64,000 nt of DNA from the NCBI GenBank assembly GCA_051294375.1, contig CM119265.1:1790280-1854279 (forward strand), read 5' to 3'. Each line of letters begins with the position of its first letter. Position 1 is the first letter of the stretch. The position numbers and the translations under genes were made by a program. Below, piece by piece: positions 62,981 to 64,000 of this stretch. Source of the DNA: Paraspadella gotoi. Its lineage: Eukaryota > Animalia > Chaetognatha. The notes below the pieces were generated by a model. It worked only from the letters and a program-made list of their open reading frames with translations. It had not been told where the DNA came from and ran no database searches.

Positions 62981-63236
62981 TTTTCTTTTTTTTTCTTTTT
63001 GTTTTTTATAATTAATGGACCATTTAATTGTGCCTGAGTTTAAACCGAAAAAAAGGCAACAATGAACGATGGATTAACGAAACCGTTAAAAAAAACAACC
63101 ACAAAAACAGAGTAATTTTTAAGAATGTAAATAATCGACGACTTAAAGTTGAGGAATGAGAGAGCGAATGGAATCGATTAAAGAGTTACTTTGACGATTT
63201 TTATTAATTTCAATTAATATATTAGGTTGATTATTA

Positions 63237-63734
63237 TTAAGTCAAAACGTTCCCGGACGTCGTCCTTTGTTTTTTCGCCCGCGGAGACTCAAAGTCTCGA
63301 TCTTCGAATTCGTCGTCGTCGTCGAAGTCAAAAAGATCGATGTCGCTGTCGTCGAAAGGGTCGACGGCTGCGGCGGCAGAAGCGGCAGCGGCGGCAGGGT
63401 TGGTGGTGGAAGCGGTGGATGGCTCAACAGAGGGGTTGGCGGCGGGTTCGATCGAGTCTTTGGAAGCGTCCTTCGAGCTGGGAAATCTTTTGACCCCAAA
63501 AACTTCGGCGACGCCTTTCGACGTAGAGAGTTTTTTCGACGAGTGGACGTCGTTAGCCGAAGCAGCGTTCCGCGCGGCGGTGGCGCTCGTTTCTTCGCTG
63601 GCGGCGCCGTTCTGCGACGCGTGGCGCCGCGTCCAGGAGGCGGCGTTCGCGTTAAACTTTTCCCGATCGGTTTTGTATTCGGCGGAAATTTCTTCCATGA
63701 GAGGATCGTCCGGGTTGGGCTCGTTCATGAGAAG
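63237..63734 (-). CDS. UBE2T: Ubiquitin-conjugating enzyme E2 T-like, last exon (gene starts beyond the window)
   Basis: LLMNEPNPDDPLMEEISAEYKTDREKFNANAASWTRRHA matches the UBE2T core C-terminus, followed by a disordered tail with RAKKQR. Confidence 0.75.
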   Translation of the reverse strand, partial: LLMNEPNPDDPLMEEISAEYKTDREKFNANAASWTRRHASQNGAASEETSATAARNAASANDVHSSKKLSTSKGVAEVFGVKRFPSSKDASKDSIEPAANPSVEPSTASTTNPAAAAASAAAAVDPFDDSDIDLFDFDDDDEFEDRDFESPRAKKQRTTSGNVLT

Positions 63735-64000
63735 CTGAGGATTGAAGAGGAGGGGAAGGGAAGGGAGGGGAGAGAAGATTGGGGAGAGGGGAAGATAGGA
63801 GAAAGGAGGGGAAAGGAGAAGGGAGGAGAGAGGAAATGGGGGGAGAGGAGAAGGGAGGAGAGAGGAAAAGGTAGAAGATAGGAAAAGGAAGGGGAGAGAA
63901 AAAGGAAGGAGAAAGAAAAAGGAGGGAGAAAGAAAAAGGAAGGGGAGATGGGAAGATAGGAGAGAGAAGAAGGGATAGGAAAGAAGTTAGGAGAGAAGAG

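Overview
This is a gene-dense stretch of an animal (invertebrate-like) nuclear genome, with GC/CpG-rich exons, short AT-rich or microsatellite-rich introns and one 10-N gap. I can splice 17 protein-coding loci, 16 of them on the minus strand: MRPL24 (exon 1), an MS4A/CD20-like tetraspan, LRIG, DAW1 (the only plus-strand gene), a signal-anchored UPF0489/C5orf22-like protein, GANAB, a STAND(NB-ARC-like)-TPR protein, UBE2M, ketohexokinase, MED22, histidyl-tRNA synthetase, a decayed STAND-TPR paralog, SLC25A20, GK5, SPT2, a Piwi-clade Argonaute and UBE2T (last exon). Five observations stand out. (1) HisRS is fused in frame, within one exon, to a complete eEF1Bgamma-type GST domain. (2) An NLR-like RHIM-like/NB-ARC/TPR gene family is present, an architecture reminiscent of fungal and bacterial amyloid-signalling NLRs. 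(3) The whole HisRS-GST gene sits inside the same-strand intron of the decayed STAND-TPR paralog. (4) Genes are packed co-directionally like operons, with splice-acceptor-like sites before start codons. (5) A Piwi intron is bounded by a 24-bp direct repeat, the signature of intron gain. All gene identities come from recalled motifs, not database searches.
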